Program-made: the position numbers and the translations under genes
Source: an uncultured virus (IMG/VR IMGVR_UViG_3300006103_001171)
Taxonomy: Duplodnaviria; Heunggongvirae; Uroviricota; Caudoviricetes
Strand: one strand, 5' to 3'
Virus record (IMG/VR): IMGVR_UViG_3300006103_001171
Length of the DNA stretch: 64,000 bases
Shown here: in pieces, positions 10,701 to 19,478 of the stretch
Layout of the letters: every line of letters begins with the position of its first letter
Position numbering within the stretch: the stretch's first letter is position 1
Notes under the pieces: model-generated
Told to the model about the DNA's origin: nothing
Databases searched by the model: none
Seen by the model: the letters and a program-made list of their open reading frames with translations, nothing else

Positions 10701-13700
10701 TACAAGTCCATCTAGTGCAACTACAATTAGTTCATTTACTGGTACTTACGCAGTTAATTTAGGAAACCACACAATTATTAGTACACCAACATTTAGTACA
10801 CCAATTGCTAATCAAATATATTCAACATACTCAGCTAGTAGCTTTGGTTTTATATATTCAGCAAATAACAATTCTAGTTATGTTGTAAATGTACCTCAAA
10901 CACAAGTTGGTGCGGTTGCTACTAGTGGAAATATGTTAACAACAATTAATAGTATAACACCATCTGGTTCATTTACAAACCCATTATTTAATTATACTGG
11001 TAATACGTTTACGTATACGGCTAACTCAAGTAATGGTAATATTGTTGCTATAAATATTCCAGCGTCTAATTCTGGTACAACATTTTTCTACAATTATGGT
11101 CCTTACTATTTTAATGGTTTTGGTCTTTTATCTCCAGGTCAATCATTAACACTTAATTATAATATTGATTGGTTACAATATAGCCCTAACTATACTAGTT
11201 ACATGGACATTTATATGCTTTCACAAAACTATGTGGTAACGCAAACTGGTACAACTGGTCAATATATTACAGGTACAACAAGTGGTTTCACTAATGGTTA
11301 TGCGATTGCTTATAATAACATTACTGTTGGTGTTGGTGGGAATACGACTATAAATACTACATTATATAATATTACTGGTACAACAACTGGTTTAACTGTA
11401 AGTACTACAGGTTATTATCAATCTGTAACTGGTTCTACTAGTGGTTTAACAACAGTTAACTCTGGTATTTACCAATCAATTACTGGTTCAACAAGTGGTA
11501 CAAGTAGAACTAATTCTGGTTCATATCAAAGTATTCAATATAATATGACTGGTACTAGTAGTGTTAACACTGGTATTTACCAATCAATTACTGGTTCAAC
11601 AAGTGGTACAACTATAATTAGTGGTGGTGTTTATACTTTACTAATTGGTTCAACAAGTGGTACAAGTCAATCATACACTGGTAATTACCAATCAATTACT
11701 GGTTCTACAAGTGGTATTACAACACAATATAGTGGTTATTATCAAAACTTAACTGGTACAACAAATAATGTCACATTAACATATAATGGTTTCTATAGTA
11801 GTATTACTGGTTCTACAAGTGGTAGTAGCTATACTTACTATGGTGATAATGCTGGTGATTTAACTGGTTTAACAACTGGTATAAGTTACGCTTATACTGG
11901 TAGTGGTTATTCGGATGTTGAAGGAAAGATAATAGCACTTTTACGTTCTAGGGCTACGGTTGACGTATCAACTCAATTACCAACATTCCAAATTGCTAAT
12001 GTAACTGATATTAACTTTAGTTCAACTGCAACTGGTGCAACAAAAAATCCTTTAGGTATATTTAATTTGACTGGTACATCTGTAACGCAAGGTATATTTA
12101 ATTATGAACTTTCATTTGATGTTACTAAAAAAGATTACGTTCCTAGAGCATTAGGTAGAATGGCTTTTGATAAAAAGACATCAGTATTCGTTGAGGAATT
12201 TTACGGTAATGTATTTACTAATGACTTTAATGAAGGTAAAATTTATGGTATTAACCAAAGTTTAATTAATTACTCTTCACCAGGTGAATTTGGTCCATTT
12301 GATAACTATTTACAACAATATCAATCTGCTGTTACCCCATATGTGGTATCGGAAGTTAAGGGTAACCAAGTTATTAGATTATTTAGATTCTGGACAATAT
12401 CAGATGGTAATATGGCTAATATGGAAATTAAAGTTTCAATTGCTAATATTAGACCTGATACTCAAGAATTTGATGTACAAATTAGAGATTATAACGATAC
12501 AGATGCTAGACCTAAAATCCTAGAAGCTTATAGTCGTTGTAATTTAGACCCAACTTCAAATAATTACATTGGTCAATTAATTGGTACATATGATGGTGCT
12601 TATGCGTCAAAATCTTCTTACGTACTTGTTGAATTAGATGTGAACTCAGATACAACTGATGCTTTCCCAGCTGGTTTTGTTGGGTACCCAGTAAGAGATT
12701 ACCAAACTAGTGGTAATGATAGTGTATTAACACCAGATATTATGTATTATAAGGCTTACGGTACATATGATAACCCACGTAAATTCTATTTAGGTTTAAA
12801 TGATACTGTTGGTATCGATACAGACTTCTTTGATTACAAAGGTTTACCAATAAAAGGTTTAGAATATAGCGAATGGACTGGACTTACACCAGGTTATCAC
12901 ATGGATATTAATGCTAGTGCGGTAACAATTGCTGATATTGCTGAATACATAAATGGTGGTTCTGGAGCGACTTATAACCCAATATTTAAATTTGATACTG
13001 GTGACGCACCATTCCAAAGTGAAGCTGGTGTTCAAGGTACGCCATACGCAAACTTATATGCTCGTAAATTTACACTTGTACCTTATGGTGGTTTCGATGG
13101 TTGGGACATTTATAGAACAAGAAGAACGAACTTGGACACTTACGATATTAAGGGTAAGGGTGGTCAAACTGGTTTAAGTTATGGAGCATTTTCTAAGTAT
13201 CCTCTTCAAGATGGTTCAGAAGGTCTTACATCAGATTACTACGCATATTTAGAAGGTATTTGGACATTTATAAATCCTGAAGCTGTTAATATAAATGTGT
13301 TTGCAACACCAGGTATTGATACTTTCGATAACCAATCATTGGTTAACCAAACTATTGAAATGGTTGAGAATAACAGAGCTGACTCATTGTACATAGTTAC
13401 AACACCAGATTCTGATTCTACTGGTACTCCATTGACGGTTTCAAATGTGGTTGATGAGCTTAATGGTAATTTTGATAGTAACTATACAGCAACGTATTGG
13501 CCTTGGGTTCAAATATTTGATTCTGAAAACACAACATACATATATGTTCCACCAACAAGAGATGTTGTAAGAAATATCGCTTTAACTGATAACATTTCAT
13601 TCCCATGGTTTGCTGTGGCTGGTGTTAACAGAGGTTCGGTAGATTGTATTAAAGCTAGAGTTAAATTAACGCAAACAGATAGGGATACACTTTATGAAAA

Positions 13701-14097
13701 TAGAATTAATCCTATCGCAACATTTGCTTCAAATGGTGTTAATATCTGGGGTAATAAAACACTTCAAGTTGCTGATACTTATCTTAATAGAATCAACATT
13801 AGAAGACTTTTATTACAAGCAAGAAAACTTATTTCTGCTGTTTCAATCAGATTGTTGTTCGAACAAAATGATGCTGTGGTTAGAAATCAATTCTTATCAC
13901 TTGTTAACCCAATATTGGATAACATTAGAAGCGAAAGAGGTCTTTCTGATTTTAGAGTTGTGTTAAATAATAGCCCAGAAGATTTTGATAATAATCAATT
14001 AACTGGTCAAATATTCCTTAAACCAACAACAGCGTTAGAATTCATTCAAATTCAATTTGTTATACTTCCATCAGGTGCATCATTTGATAACATTTAA
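7717..14097 (+). CDS. Contractile tail sheath protein with a ~1275-aa repetitive insertion
   Basis: N-terminal FVSPGVYTSELD and GETTKGPAF. C-terminal sheath motifs YWPWV, PWFAVAGVNRG, LYENRINPI, IWGNKTL, RINIRRLL, FEQND and PTTALEFI. Confidence 0.95.
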   Translation: MANQVFVSPGVYTSELDLTYVTRQVGVTTLGLVGETTKGPAFQPIFISDYGGFQTFFGGLDNTLVNGPDGNGAPLYELPYIAKSYLSQSNQLFVTRILGLSGYHAGLAWGITLSAALDPTTTGTSYVSTYTANYTVTTGDTLYSIQTTDSNLNAYYQQNPSAFSFLAGATTGQSYTIYIPQVKNGLIFSGGYITFNIISASVTPFITAGTVTNIYPNSGSSTLLTYKLTTGGTLTSIVSTDSFVNQVYTATPSYFNLFITAATGTAQNILIPQTSDGTTFYGGNINSKVLSTGYTDASIPVSASSPTNFTYTASSNSNVLYGITSTDSFVNQIYAASASSFNFLTGATIGTQQILTEPTLLYGGNNYSGGYITINVATTGYSSSILTGNSISQFFGTYSASTGNTLYSTTATAGGGANAYNQYYQQNPSAFTFIASGVSQTIQTPNVYNGILYSYNTLAITPYATGYTNGGNITAVGNANIYPDTSGNALFSYTASTTANTLSSFVSTDAITNQIYAASASNFNFLTGATLNSTGSLATAYAPNGINFNYSGINYNINVLNYTTPVTSAITSGYTAVYSASTNGILYSTYSLNNSIYNLVYAANPVPFYFLATANTGATSNIAITRTQIGAYFSGGNVSVNVLSTGFTSPSSVNTAGTVGVGSNYITNLNGVVSSYALTNVYGNPNYVTYFSGSVSPSAFTFLNTASTGTITGPTSNNGAYFTGGSIAVSVLSTGYTNPSSLTASTSVFNGTFSATTGGTLNTTSATGGAGSGLYNSAYAATPSAFNFLATGGTYSVVNAPSSSNGANFTSANTVTIVAFATGYTNPSSATTATTQFTGVYSASTGNTLYSTSAVGAGSGLYNSTYATTPSAFNFLTGGTGGIVTIGQSSNGINYSSGTLNLSVLSTGYTNPSSGTTVSTSAYTATFSANSSNLLYTTSGSTPLYNSTYSVNPNIFNVISSTATGTTVNLATTYTPNGINYSGANISAYIVSTGYTSPSSATTISSFTGTYAVNLGNHTIISTPTFSTPIANQIYSTYSASSFGFIYSANNNSSYVVNVPQTQVGAVATSGNMLTTINSITPSGSFTNPLFNYTGNTFTYTANSSNGNIVAINIPASNSGTTFFYNYGPYYFNGFGLLSPGQSLTLNYNIDWLQYSPNYTSYMDIYMLSQNYVVTQTGTTGQYITGTTSGFTNGYAIAYNNITVGVGGNTTINTTLYNITGTTTGLTVSTTGYYQSVTGSTSGLTTVNSGIYQSITGSTSGTSRTNSGSYQSIQYNMTGTSSVNTGIYQSITGSTSGTTIISGGVYTLLIGSTSGTSQSYTGNYQSITGSTSGITTQYSGYYQNLTGTTNNVTLTYNGFYSSITGSTSGSSYTYYGDNAGDLTGLTTGISYAYTGSGYSDVEGKIIALLRSRATVDVSTQLPTFQIANVTDINFSSTATGATKNPLGIFNLTGTSVTQGIFNYELSFDVTKKDYVPRALGRMAFDKKTSVFVEEFYGNVFTNDFNEGKIYGINQSLINYSSPGEFGPFDNYLQQYQSAVTPYVVSEVKGNQVIRLFRFWTISDGNMANMEIKVSIANIRPDTQEFDVQIRDYNDTDARPKILEAYSRCNLDPTSNNYIGQLIGTYDGAYASKSSYVLVELDVNSDTTDAFPAGFVGYPVRDYQTSGNDSVLTPDIMYYKAYGTYDNPRKFYLGLNDTVGIDTDFFDYKGLPIKGLEYSEWTGLTPGYHMDINASAVTIADIAEYINGGSGATYNPIFKFDTGDAPFQSEAGVQGTPYANLYARKFTLVPYGGFDGWDIYRTRRTNLDTYDIKGKGGQTGLSYGAFSKYPLQDGSEGLTSDYYAYLEGIWTFINPEAVNINVFATPGIDTFDNQSLVNQTIEMVENNRADSLYIVTTPDSDSTGTPLTVSNVVDELNGNFDSNYTATYWPWVQIFDSENTTYIYVPPTRDVVRNIALTDNISFPWFAVAGVNRGSVDCIKARVKLTQTDRDTLYENRINPIATFASNGVNIWGNKTLQVADTYLNRINIRRLLLQARKLISAVSIRLLFEQNDAVVRNQFLSLVNPILDNIRSERGLSDFRVVLNNSPEDFDNNQLTGQIFLKPTTALEFIQIQFVILPSGASFDNI
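8071..11259 (+). repeat. Twelve diverged ~85-95-aa Thr/Ser/Gly/Tyr-rich units inside the sheath
   Basis: Units carry Y..xPSAFxFL-like cores and most end in TG(Y/F)(T/S), at 8590, 8851, 9109, 9649, 9916, 10180, 10435 and 10693. Confidence 0.8.
11260..11901 (+). repeat. Twelve ~18-aa units (YQSITGSTSG-type) inside the sheath
   Basis: Exact 54-bp period for the Tyr codons at 11416, 11470, 11524, 11578, 11632, 11686, 11740 and 11794, with more diverged units on both sides. Confidence 0.85.
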
Positions 14098-14110
14098 TTA
14101 GCACAATAAA
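14048..14110 (+). repeat. Direct repeat copy 1: current sheath 3' end plus flank
   Basis: 53/63 nt identical to 15735..15797. Confidence 0.9.
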
Positions 14111-14120
14111 TTAATTTTAA

Positions 14121-14158
14121 AAAAAGGAGACAAATATTTGTCTCCTTTTTGTTTTTTT
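14121..14158 (+). terminator. Intrinsic terminator after the sheath gene
   Basis: Perfect 30-bp palindrome AAAAAGGAGACAAAT/ATTTGTCTCCTTTTT followed by a T tract. Confidence 0.8.
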
Positions 14159-14168
14159 AGTATATTTG
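14137..14168 (+). promoter_or_regulatory. Bacteroidota-type -33/-7 promoter for endonuclease 1
   Basis: TTTG-N20-TATATTTG; the -33 box lies inside the terminator hairpin. Confidence 0.65.
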
Positions 14169-14217
14169 TAATATTTATTTGTAGATAAACATTTGTTAGT
14201 ATAAAAAATATATAACC

Positions 14218-15774
14218 ATGAAAATAAAGTTAAATTGTATAAACTGTAATAATGATTTTGAAACGGAGTTTAAATATAGAAGTAAGAAGTTTTGTGGTAG
14301 GAAGTGTTTTTTTGAATATTCTAAAGAGCATAAAACTATTGGTAGAAAAATAGATGAAGAAATAAGGGAAAAAAGAATTTGTTTAATTTGTAATAAAGAA
14401 TTTGAGTGTAAGAAAAAACAAGAAAATAAAATGTGTTCTAATGAGTGTAGAAAAGAATGGAACTCTATAGAAGAAAATAAGTCTAATAGAATAAAATTAA
14501 GTAAAGATACATTATTAATAAATCATGGTGTTGATTCAATGTTTAAGAAAATTGAATATAAAGCTAACCGTAATCAAATTTTCTTAGATAAAATAGGTGT
14601 TATAAATCCGATGAAAGATAAGTTAATTGTAAATAAACTACAAAAAACTCTGAATGAAAAACAAATTAAAAACTTACTACCAAAACTTAATGAACATAAT
14701 ATAATATTACTTGATGAATACAGTGTAAATAAAAGTGGTTCAACATCAATGTCTTATAATTTTAAATGTAAAAAGTGTGAAAATATATTTTCAAGTACCG
14801 TGCTTGGTTCTGGTAAGATACCAATTTGTAGAAAATGTACACCGTTAGAAAAAAATTCAAAAATTGAAGAAGTAATAAAGGATTTTTTAAATTTAAAAAA
14901 TATTAAACACTTAGATAACAGTAGAAAAATACTTAACGGTAAAGAGATTGATATATTCTTGAGCGATTTTAATTTAGGTATAGAGGTAGACGGCAATTAT
15001 TTTCATAGTGAAATAAGTGGTGAAAAAGATAGTAAATATCATTTAAGTAAAACAAAATTAGCACATGAAAAAAATATAAAATTAATACACATATTTGAAG
15101 ACGAAATACTATATAAAAAAGACATAGTATTATCTAGATTGAGTAATCAGTTAAATTTAAATAATATAAGATACTTTGCAAGAAATTGTGAAATTAGAAT
15201 TGTAAGTAAAAAAGAATCTACTTTATTTTTAGATAATAATCATATTCAAGGAAATTCTATTGATTTAATAAGATTAGGGTTATATTATAATAATATATTA
15301 ATTTCATTAATGACATTTGGTAAAGAGCGAAAAGCTTTAGGTAATATAGAAACTGAGGATACTTATGAATTGGTTAGATTTTGTAATTTAATAAATTCTA
15401 ATGTTGTTGGTGGGTTTTCTAAACTTTTAAAACATTTTATTGTAACATATAAACCTAAAAAAATTGTAACTTACGCTGATATTAGATGGTCTGGATTAAA
15501 TGAATTAGATACTGTTTATATAAAAAATGGTTTTAAGTATATTAAAAATACATCACCAAATTATTGGTACTTAAAAGTTGGACAATATAATCATAGATAT
15601 CATAGATATAATTTTAGAAAAGATATTCTAGTTAAAGAAGGTTTTGATAAAAACATGTCTGAATTTGAGATTATGAAATTAAAGGAATTTGATAGAATAT
15701 GGGACTGTGGAAATATGAAATTTGAATGGACTAGAAATTCAATTTGTAATCATGAACTCAGGTGCATCATTTGA
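14218..15774 (+). CDS. Free-standing Hef-like homing endonuclease (Zn-finger repeats, PD-(D/E)XK/EDxHD-like nuclease, C-terminal GNAT/Mom-like region)
   Basis: CxxC...KFCGRKC repeats; EIDIF...GIEVDGNYFH...IHIFEDE; YELVRFC...GGFSKLL...TYADIRWS...IWDCG. Confidence 0.75.
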   Translation: MKIKLNCINCNNDFETEFKYRSKKFCGRKCFFEYSKEHKTIGRKIDEEIREKRICLICNKEFECKKKQENKMCSNECRKEWNSIEENKSNRIKLSKDTLLINHGVDSMFKKIEYKANRNQIFLDKIGVINPMKDKLIVNKLQKTLNEKQIKNLLPKLNEHNIILLDEYSVNKSGSTSMSYNFKCKKCENIFSSTVLGSGKIPICRKCTPLEKNSKIEEVIKDFLNLKNIKHLDNSRKILNGKEIDIFLSDFNLGIEVDGNYFHSEISGEKDSKYHLSKTKLAHEKNIKLIHIFEDEILYKKDIVLSRLSNQLNLNNIRYFARNCEIRIVSKKESTLFLDNNHIQGNSIDLIRLGLYYNNILISLMTFGKERKALGNIETEDTYELVRFCNLINSNVVGGFSKLLKHFIVTYKPKKIVTYADIRWSGLNELDTVYIKNGFKYIKNTSPNYWYLKVGQYNHRYHRYNFRKDILVKEGFDKNMSEFEIMKLKEFDRIWDCGNMKFEWTRNSICNHELRCII

Positions 15775-15797
15775 CAATGTTTAATTAGCACAATAAA
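15735..15797 (+). repeat. Direct repeat copy 2: orphan sheath C-terminus remnant
   Basis: Reads (E)IQFVIMNSGASFDNV* versus the sheath's (Q)IQFVILPSGASFDNI*; overlaps the endonuclease 3' end in another frame. Confidence 0.9.
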
Positions 15798-15803
15798 ATA
15801 AGT

Positions 15804-15836
15804 AAAAAGCCTCTAGCAATAGGGGCTTTTTATTTT
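15804..15836 (+). terminator. Intrinsic terminator
   Basis: AAAAAGCCTCTA-GCAA-TAGGGGCTTTTT hairpin with T tract. Confidence 0.8.
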
Positions 15837-15855
15837 ATATGAAATATTTATTGAT

Positions 15856-16293
15856 ATGAAAAGACTCATAATAAAAGAAAGTCAATTAAAGATTATTGAA
15901 AACCACATATTAGAAACAATTGACCCTGAAGAAGCTAATAACCATGAAAAATCACTACTAATGGTAATTAATAAAAAAAGAAATATTGGATTTTACGGTG
16001 GTGCAAGTGAGAAGGATATTAATGATTTAAAAAAAAGTGGTTTAAAATACATACCAATTAACATGAATAACGCTTATGTATTTTATAACGATGGTTATGA
16101 GATTGAAGCTCAAGAGTTAGCTAATATTGCTAGAAAATTTAGTGGTTTCTTACCATCAACAGGTAAAACTAATTTTAATGGTTTATTCGCAAAACCAGAA
16201 GAAGTTTATAGGATAGGAATATTACTTGGTTATGATGAAAAATCAGTAAGAGAATTCGTTTTAGAAAAATTCAAAGACTTTAAATTTTACTAA
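15856..16293 (+). CDS. Hypothetical protein
   Basis: 145-aa ORF with ATATTTAT motif at 15844; N-terminal LIIKESQL and C-terminal GILLGY. Confidence 0.65.
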   Translation: MKRLIIKESQLKIIENHILETIDPEEANNHEKSLLMVINKKRNIGFYGGASEKDINDLKKSGLKYIPINMNNAYVFYNDGYEIEAQELANIARKFSGFLPSTGKTNFNGLFAKPEEVYRIGILLGYDEKSVREFVLEKFKDFKFY

Positions 16294-16320
16294 AAAATCA
16301 GATATTTATAAATAAAGTAT

Positions 16321-19300
16321 ATGGCAACAAAAATATTGTTAACAACTGAACAACATGAAAAATTAATGAATCATCTTGTATCAGAAATGGTTACAAACAC
16401 CAATGAATTAATTAATGAAAATGGTACCATAAATGAAAGTGTATGGGAAAAAGTTAAATATGGTCTTTCAAAATTAGGTAGATATAAAGCTAATGGTAAA
16501 ATTTTTGGAAAGGGAAAAATAGACAAAGAAGCTGGTGCTAAAATTCAAGCAATTATTGATAAAGAAGGTAATGAACTTATCAAGAATTTAAATGCTAGTA
16601 TTAAAGAAACTAATCCAGAATTCCCTAATAACGAAAAAGGTGACCAATTCTTAAATACTATAATGGAAATTGCAGCTGTTTATGATTCTGTAATCGATGG
16701 TGCTAAGAAAGGTACAATACCAGCAGACGCTGCTAATGGTATTATTAATGACCTTAGAGATTATGTTAAGAAATTTTTAGATATTGATTTAAAGGCAGCT
16801 TATTCAGTTGTTGATGAGATTCAAGGTAATACTCTTGAATTAACAGAAGAAGAAGCTATGAGCTTAGATGAAGCTTGGGGCCTAGATGAAGAAGATGGTC
16901 CAAGTGGTATAAGAAAAAAACCAAATCCAGAAGATATATATGCTAAAGGTGAACCTGAAGACATATCAAAACCAATTGATTTAAATCCAAATGATACCAG
17001 ACCAGTTAAAGCAAATTCACAAGTTGCCACAACCAATCAAAATACTGGCGTTGCCAACACTAATCAAAATACTGGCGTTGCTACAACTAATCAAAATACT
17101 GGCGTTGCCAACACTAATCAAAATACTGGCGTTGCTACAACTAATCAAAATACTGGTGTTGCCAACACTAATAATAGTAATATTATAGATAAAGGTACTG
17201 GTAAGGCTAGTACTAGAAATAAAGATATAACAGATATTGATTACGAGGATATACCAAATAATCAAGCATCAAATGGTGGTGCTGCTAGTTCTGCTGGTGG
17301 TATTGGGAATGGTGCAGCTGCTAGTTCTGCTGGTGGTATTGGGAATGGTGCAGCTGCTAGTTCTGCTGGTGGTGGTGCAGCTGGTGGTGGAAAACAAGGT
17401 TTAAACGCTAAGGATGTTAGAGCTGGCTTACAAGCTAAAAGAGGTGCTGGTGATGATTTTGCTAGTACTAGAATGAATACACTTAAATCAAATAAATTAC
17501 CAATGACACTTGCTGGTATTGGTGCTAGTTTGGGTGCTTTTAGTTGGCTTGTTAATACAGATTGGTTTAAACACTTATTTGATGTCGTTAGTAAAAATCC
17601 ATCTATTGAAATGGTTAACAAACAGGTTGCTAGTAATTCAGATATTATTGGTAATATAAAACCAGGTCAAGGTCTTACTCAACTTATGAATGCGATGAAC
17701 CATGCTGGTATAACACCTAAAACAACACCAGAACAATTTTTAGAACAAGTTAAAATACTAGGTGGTGGTGACGTAAATGCTGGTATTAATGCTTTAGCAG
17801 CTAAAGGTGGTATATTTGTTAATCCAGATGCCGCTAAATCAGTATTGACTGATATAGCAAAAAATCCACATGGTCATGGTGATACTCTAGGTCAAATATT
17901 TAAAGGAAAATGGGCTGGTACTGGTAAATCAGTGGGTGATATGCTTACTTGTAAGGACATGGGCCAAGTAAAAGGACTTATATCTACTACAATTACTAAA
18001 GCAGTACCAACACTAGTTATGAAAACAGCTATTAAGACTGGTGCTGGATATGCTGCTGCGAAGGGATTAGGAGCCATTCTAGGCCCTATTGGTTTAGCTG
18101 CTGTGGGTACGGGTGCATTAGTTAAAATAATGCGTATGAAAGGCCAAAAACAGTCAAGGGCTAAAACTCTTAACGACTTGTATCAATCATTAAGAAACAT
18201 AGATGGTGGTGTTGGTTTAGTTGAACCAGAAACAGAAACAGTAAGTGTTGATGCTGTATCAAATCCACAAGAATTAAGTAATATAGCTAGTAGTGATAAT
18301 GGTGGTGATAAAGGTGGTGATAAAGGTGCTAACGTAGCTAATGCTGATACGCAAAAGGGTGGTGACAATAAGATGTCACAAGTTAATGATGACCTTTATA
18401 ATTCTATTAAAAATTTATTTAAATTTGTTGTTAATAATAGAAAAAATTTAGGTGTTCGTTCTGCTAATAATGTTGGTACAGCTAATGCTGATAAACTTGT
18501 GAAGGGTCAAAAGGTTAGTTGGACCAAAAAGGATGGTTCTAATACTACTGGAACAATTGTTGGACCAAGTCAAAACCCAAATGAAACAATTGTTAAAACT
18601 CAAAATGGTAATCAAATTTCTATTAAGACAATAAAACTAACACCAAGTACAAGTCTTAATGAAGGTAAGTACATAAAAGATAAGAGACTTATTCAATTTT
18701 TACAGAAAAGCCTATCATACGATAAATTAAAATCGTTTGAAGACTTTATGAATAGAGTTGAAATAATCAGGAATAAAATTAAAAAGATTGACCCAATGGG
18801 TGATAAGGCTATTCAAAATTTTATGTCTGAATATAGTTCAAACCCAATTATGTCAACTGATTTTCAAAAATTATTCTCAATAGACCCTAATAATCCACAA
18901 GCTGTAAATGCGCTTAAGGCTTTTATTGATGATATTTTTATTACGGTTTATTCTGGTAAATTCAAATATGGTAACATGATTGATAAGATGGCTGGAATCG
19001 GTGGAAGTATAAATTCATTGGAAGAAGAAGCTGGGTATAATTTTAAAGAACCAAATAAATCATTTAAAAAAGATGCTCAAAATAGAGGTTCATTTAAAAA
19101 TAATTTGGTTAAGTTCTTATCAACAACAATTAATTTGTTCCAATATATGAATAAATTAAAGGATAGTGGTAAATTAAATTCTGGTAAAAAAACAAGTAAT
19201 TCTGGTTCACAAAAACCACAAGCACAACCACAACAAAATAAAGAACCACAAGCACAACAAAATAAAGAACCACAAGCACAACAAAATAAAGAACCACAAC

Positions 19301-19446
19301 AAGTACAACAAGCTAAACCAGCTGGTCAAGCAAATCCGAATAGAAATCCAGAAAAATCAGAAATATCAAATGATATAGAATGGATGGAAGAAAATAAGAG
19401 TGTGAAAGAAAATATAGAAAGAATTAAAAAAATAATGTTTAGTTAA
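16321..19446 (+). CDS. Large low-complexity protein, possibly internal/ejection virion protein
   Basis: 1041 aa, three tandem-repeat tracts, two Gly/Ala hydrophobic stretches and a small SH3/Tudor-like segment (LVKGQKVSW...GTIVG). Function is inferred. Confidence 0.6.
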   Translation: MATKILLTTEQHEKLMNHLVSEMVTNTNELINENGTINESVWEKVKYGLSKLGRYKANGKIFGKGKIDKEAGAKIQAIIDKEGNELIKNLNASIKETNPEFPNNEKGDQFLNTIMEIAAVYDSVIDGAKKGTIPADAANGIINDLRDYVKKFLDIDLKAAYSVVDEIQGNTLELTEEEAMSLDEAWGLDEEDGPSGIRKKPNPEDIYAKGEPEDISKPIDLNPNDTRPVKANSQVATTNQNTGVANTNQNTGVATTNQNTGVANTNQNTGVATTNQNTGVANTNNSNIIDKGTGKASTRNKDITDIDYEDIPNNQASNGGAASSAGGIGNGAAASSAGGIGNGAAASSAGGGAAGGGKQGLNAKDVRAGLQAKRGAGDDFASTRMNTLKSNKLPMTLAGIGASLGAFSWLVNTDWFKHLFDVVSKNPSIEMVNKQVASNSDIIGNIKPGQGLTQLMNAMNHAGITPKTTPEQFLEQVKILGGGDVNAGINALAAKGGIFVNPDAAKSVLTDIAKNPHGHGDTLGQIFKGKWAGTGKSVGDMLTCKDMGQVKGLISTTITKAVPTLVMKTAIKTGAGYAAAKGLGAILGPIGLAAVGTGALVKIMRMKGQKQSRAKTLNDLYQSLRNIDGGVGLVEPETETVSVDAVSNPQELSNIASSDNGGDKGGDKGANVANADTQKGGDNKMSQVNDDLYNSIKNLFKFVVNNRKNLGVRSANNVGTANADKLVKGQKVSWTKKDGSNTTGTIVGPSQNPNETIVKTQNGNQISIKTIKLTPSTSLNEGKYIKDKRLIQFLQKSLSYDKLKSFEDFMNRVEIIRNKIKKIDPMGDKAIQNFMSEYSSNPIMSTDFQKLFSIDPNNPQAVNALKAFIDDIFITVYSGKFKYGNMIDKMAGIGGSINSLEEEAGYNFKEPNKSFKKDAQNRGSFKNNLVKFLSTTINLFQYMNKLKDSGKLNSGKKTSNSGSQKPQAQPQQNKEPQAQQNKEPQAQQNKEPQQVQQAKPAGQANPNRNPEKSEISNDIEWMEENKSVKENIERIKKIMFS
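17023..17172 (+). repeat. 24-bp in-frame tandem repeat (NQNTGVA(N/T)T, about 5-6 copies)
   Basis: aatcaaaatactggcgttgc recurs every 24 bp with alternating variants. Confidence 0.9.
17272..17385 (+). repeat. 36-bp in-frame tandem repeat (NGAAASSAGGIG, about 3 copies)
   Basis: gctgctagttctgctggtggt occurs three times at 36-bp spacing. Confidence 0.9.
19216..19305 (+). repeat. 24-bp in-frame tandem repeat (QQNKEPQA, 3 copies)
   Basis: caacaaaataaagaaccacaa occurs three times. Confidence 0.9.
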
Positions 19447-19448
19447 AT

Positions 19449-19478
19449 AAAAAACCCAAGTTAATCTTGGGTTTTTTT
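19449..19478 (+). terminator. Intrinsic terminator
   Basis: AAAAAACCCAAG-TTAAT-CTTGGGTTTTTTT. Confidence 0.8.

Noticed and set aside
14098..15797. Group I intron splitting the sheath gene
   Set aside because: The sheath has a complete C-terminus, stop codon and terminator before the insert, and there is little non-coding space and no recognisable intron core.
17023..17385. Regular short repeats resembling a CRISPR array
   Set aside because: Head-to-tail, multiple-of-3 coding repeats with no unique spacers, and no cas genes in the window.
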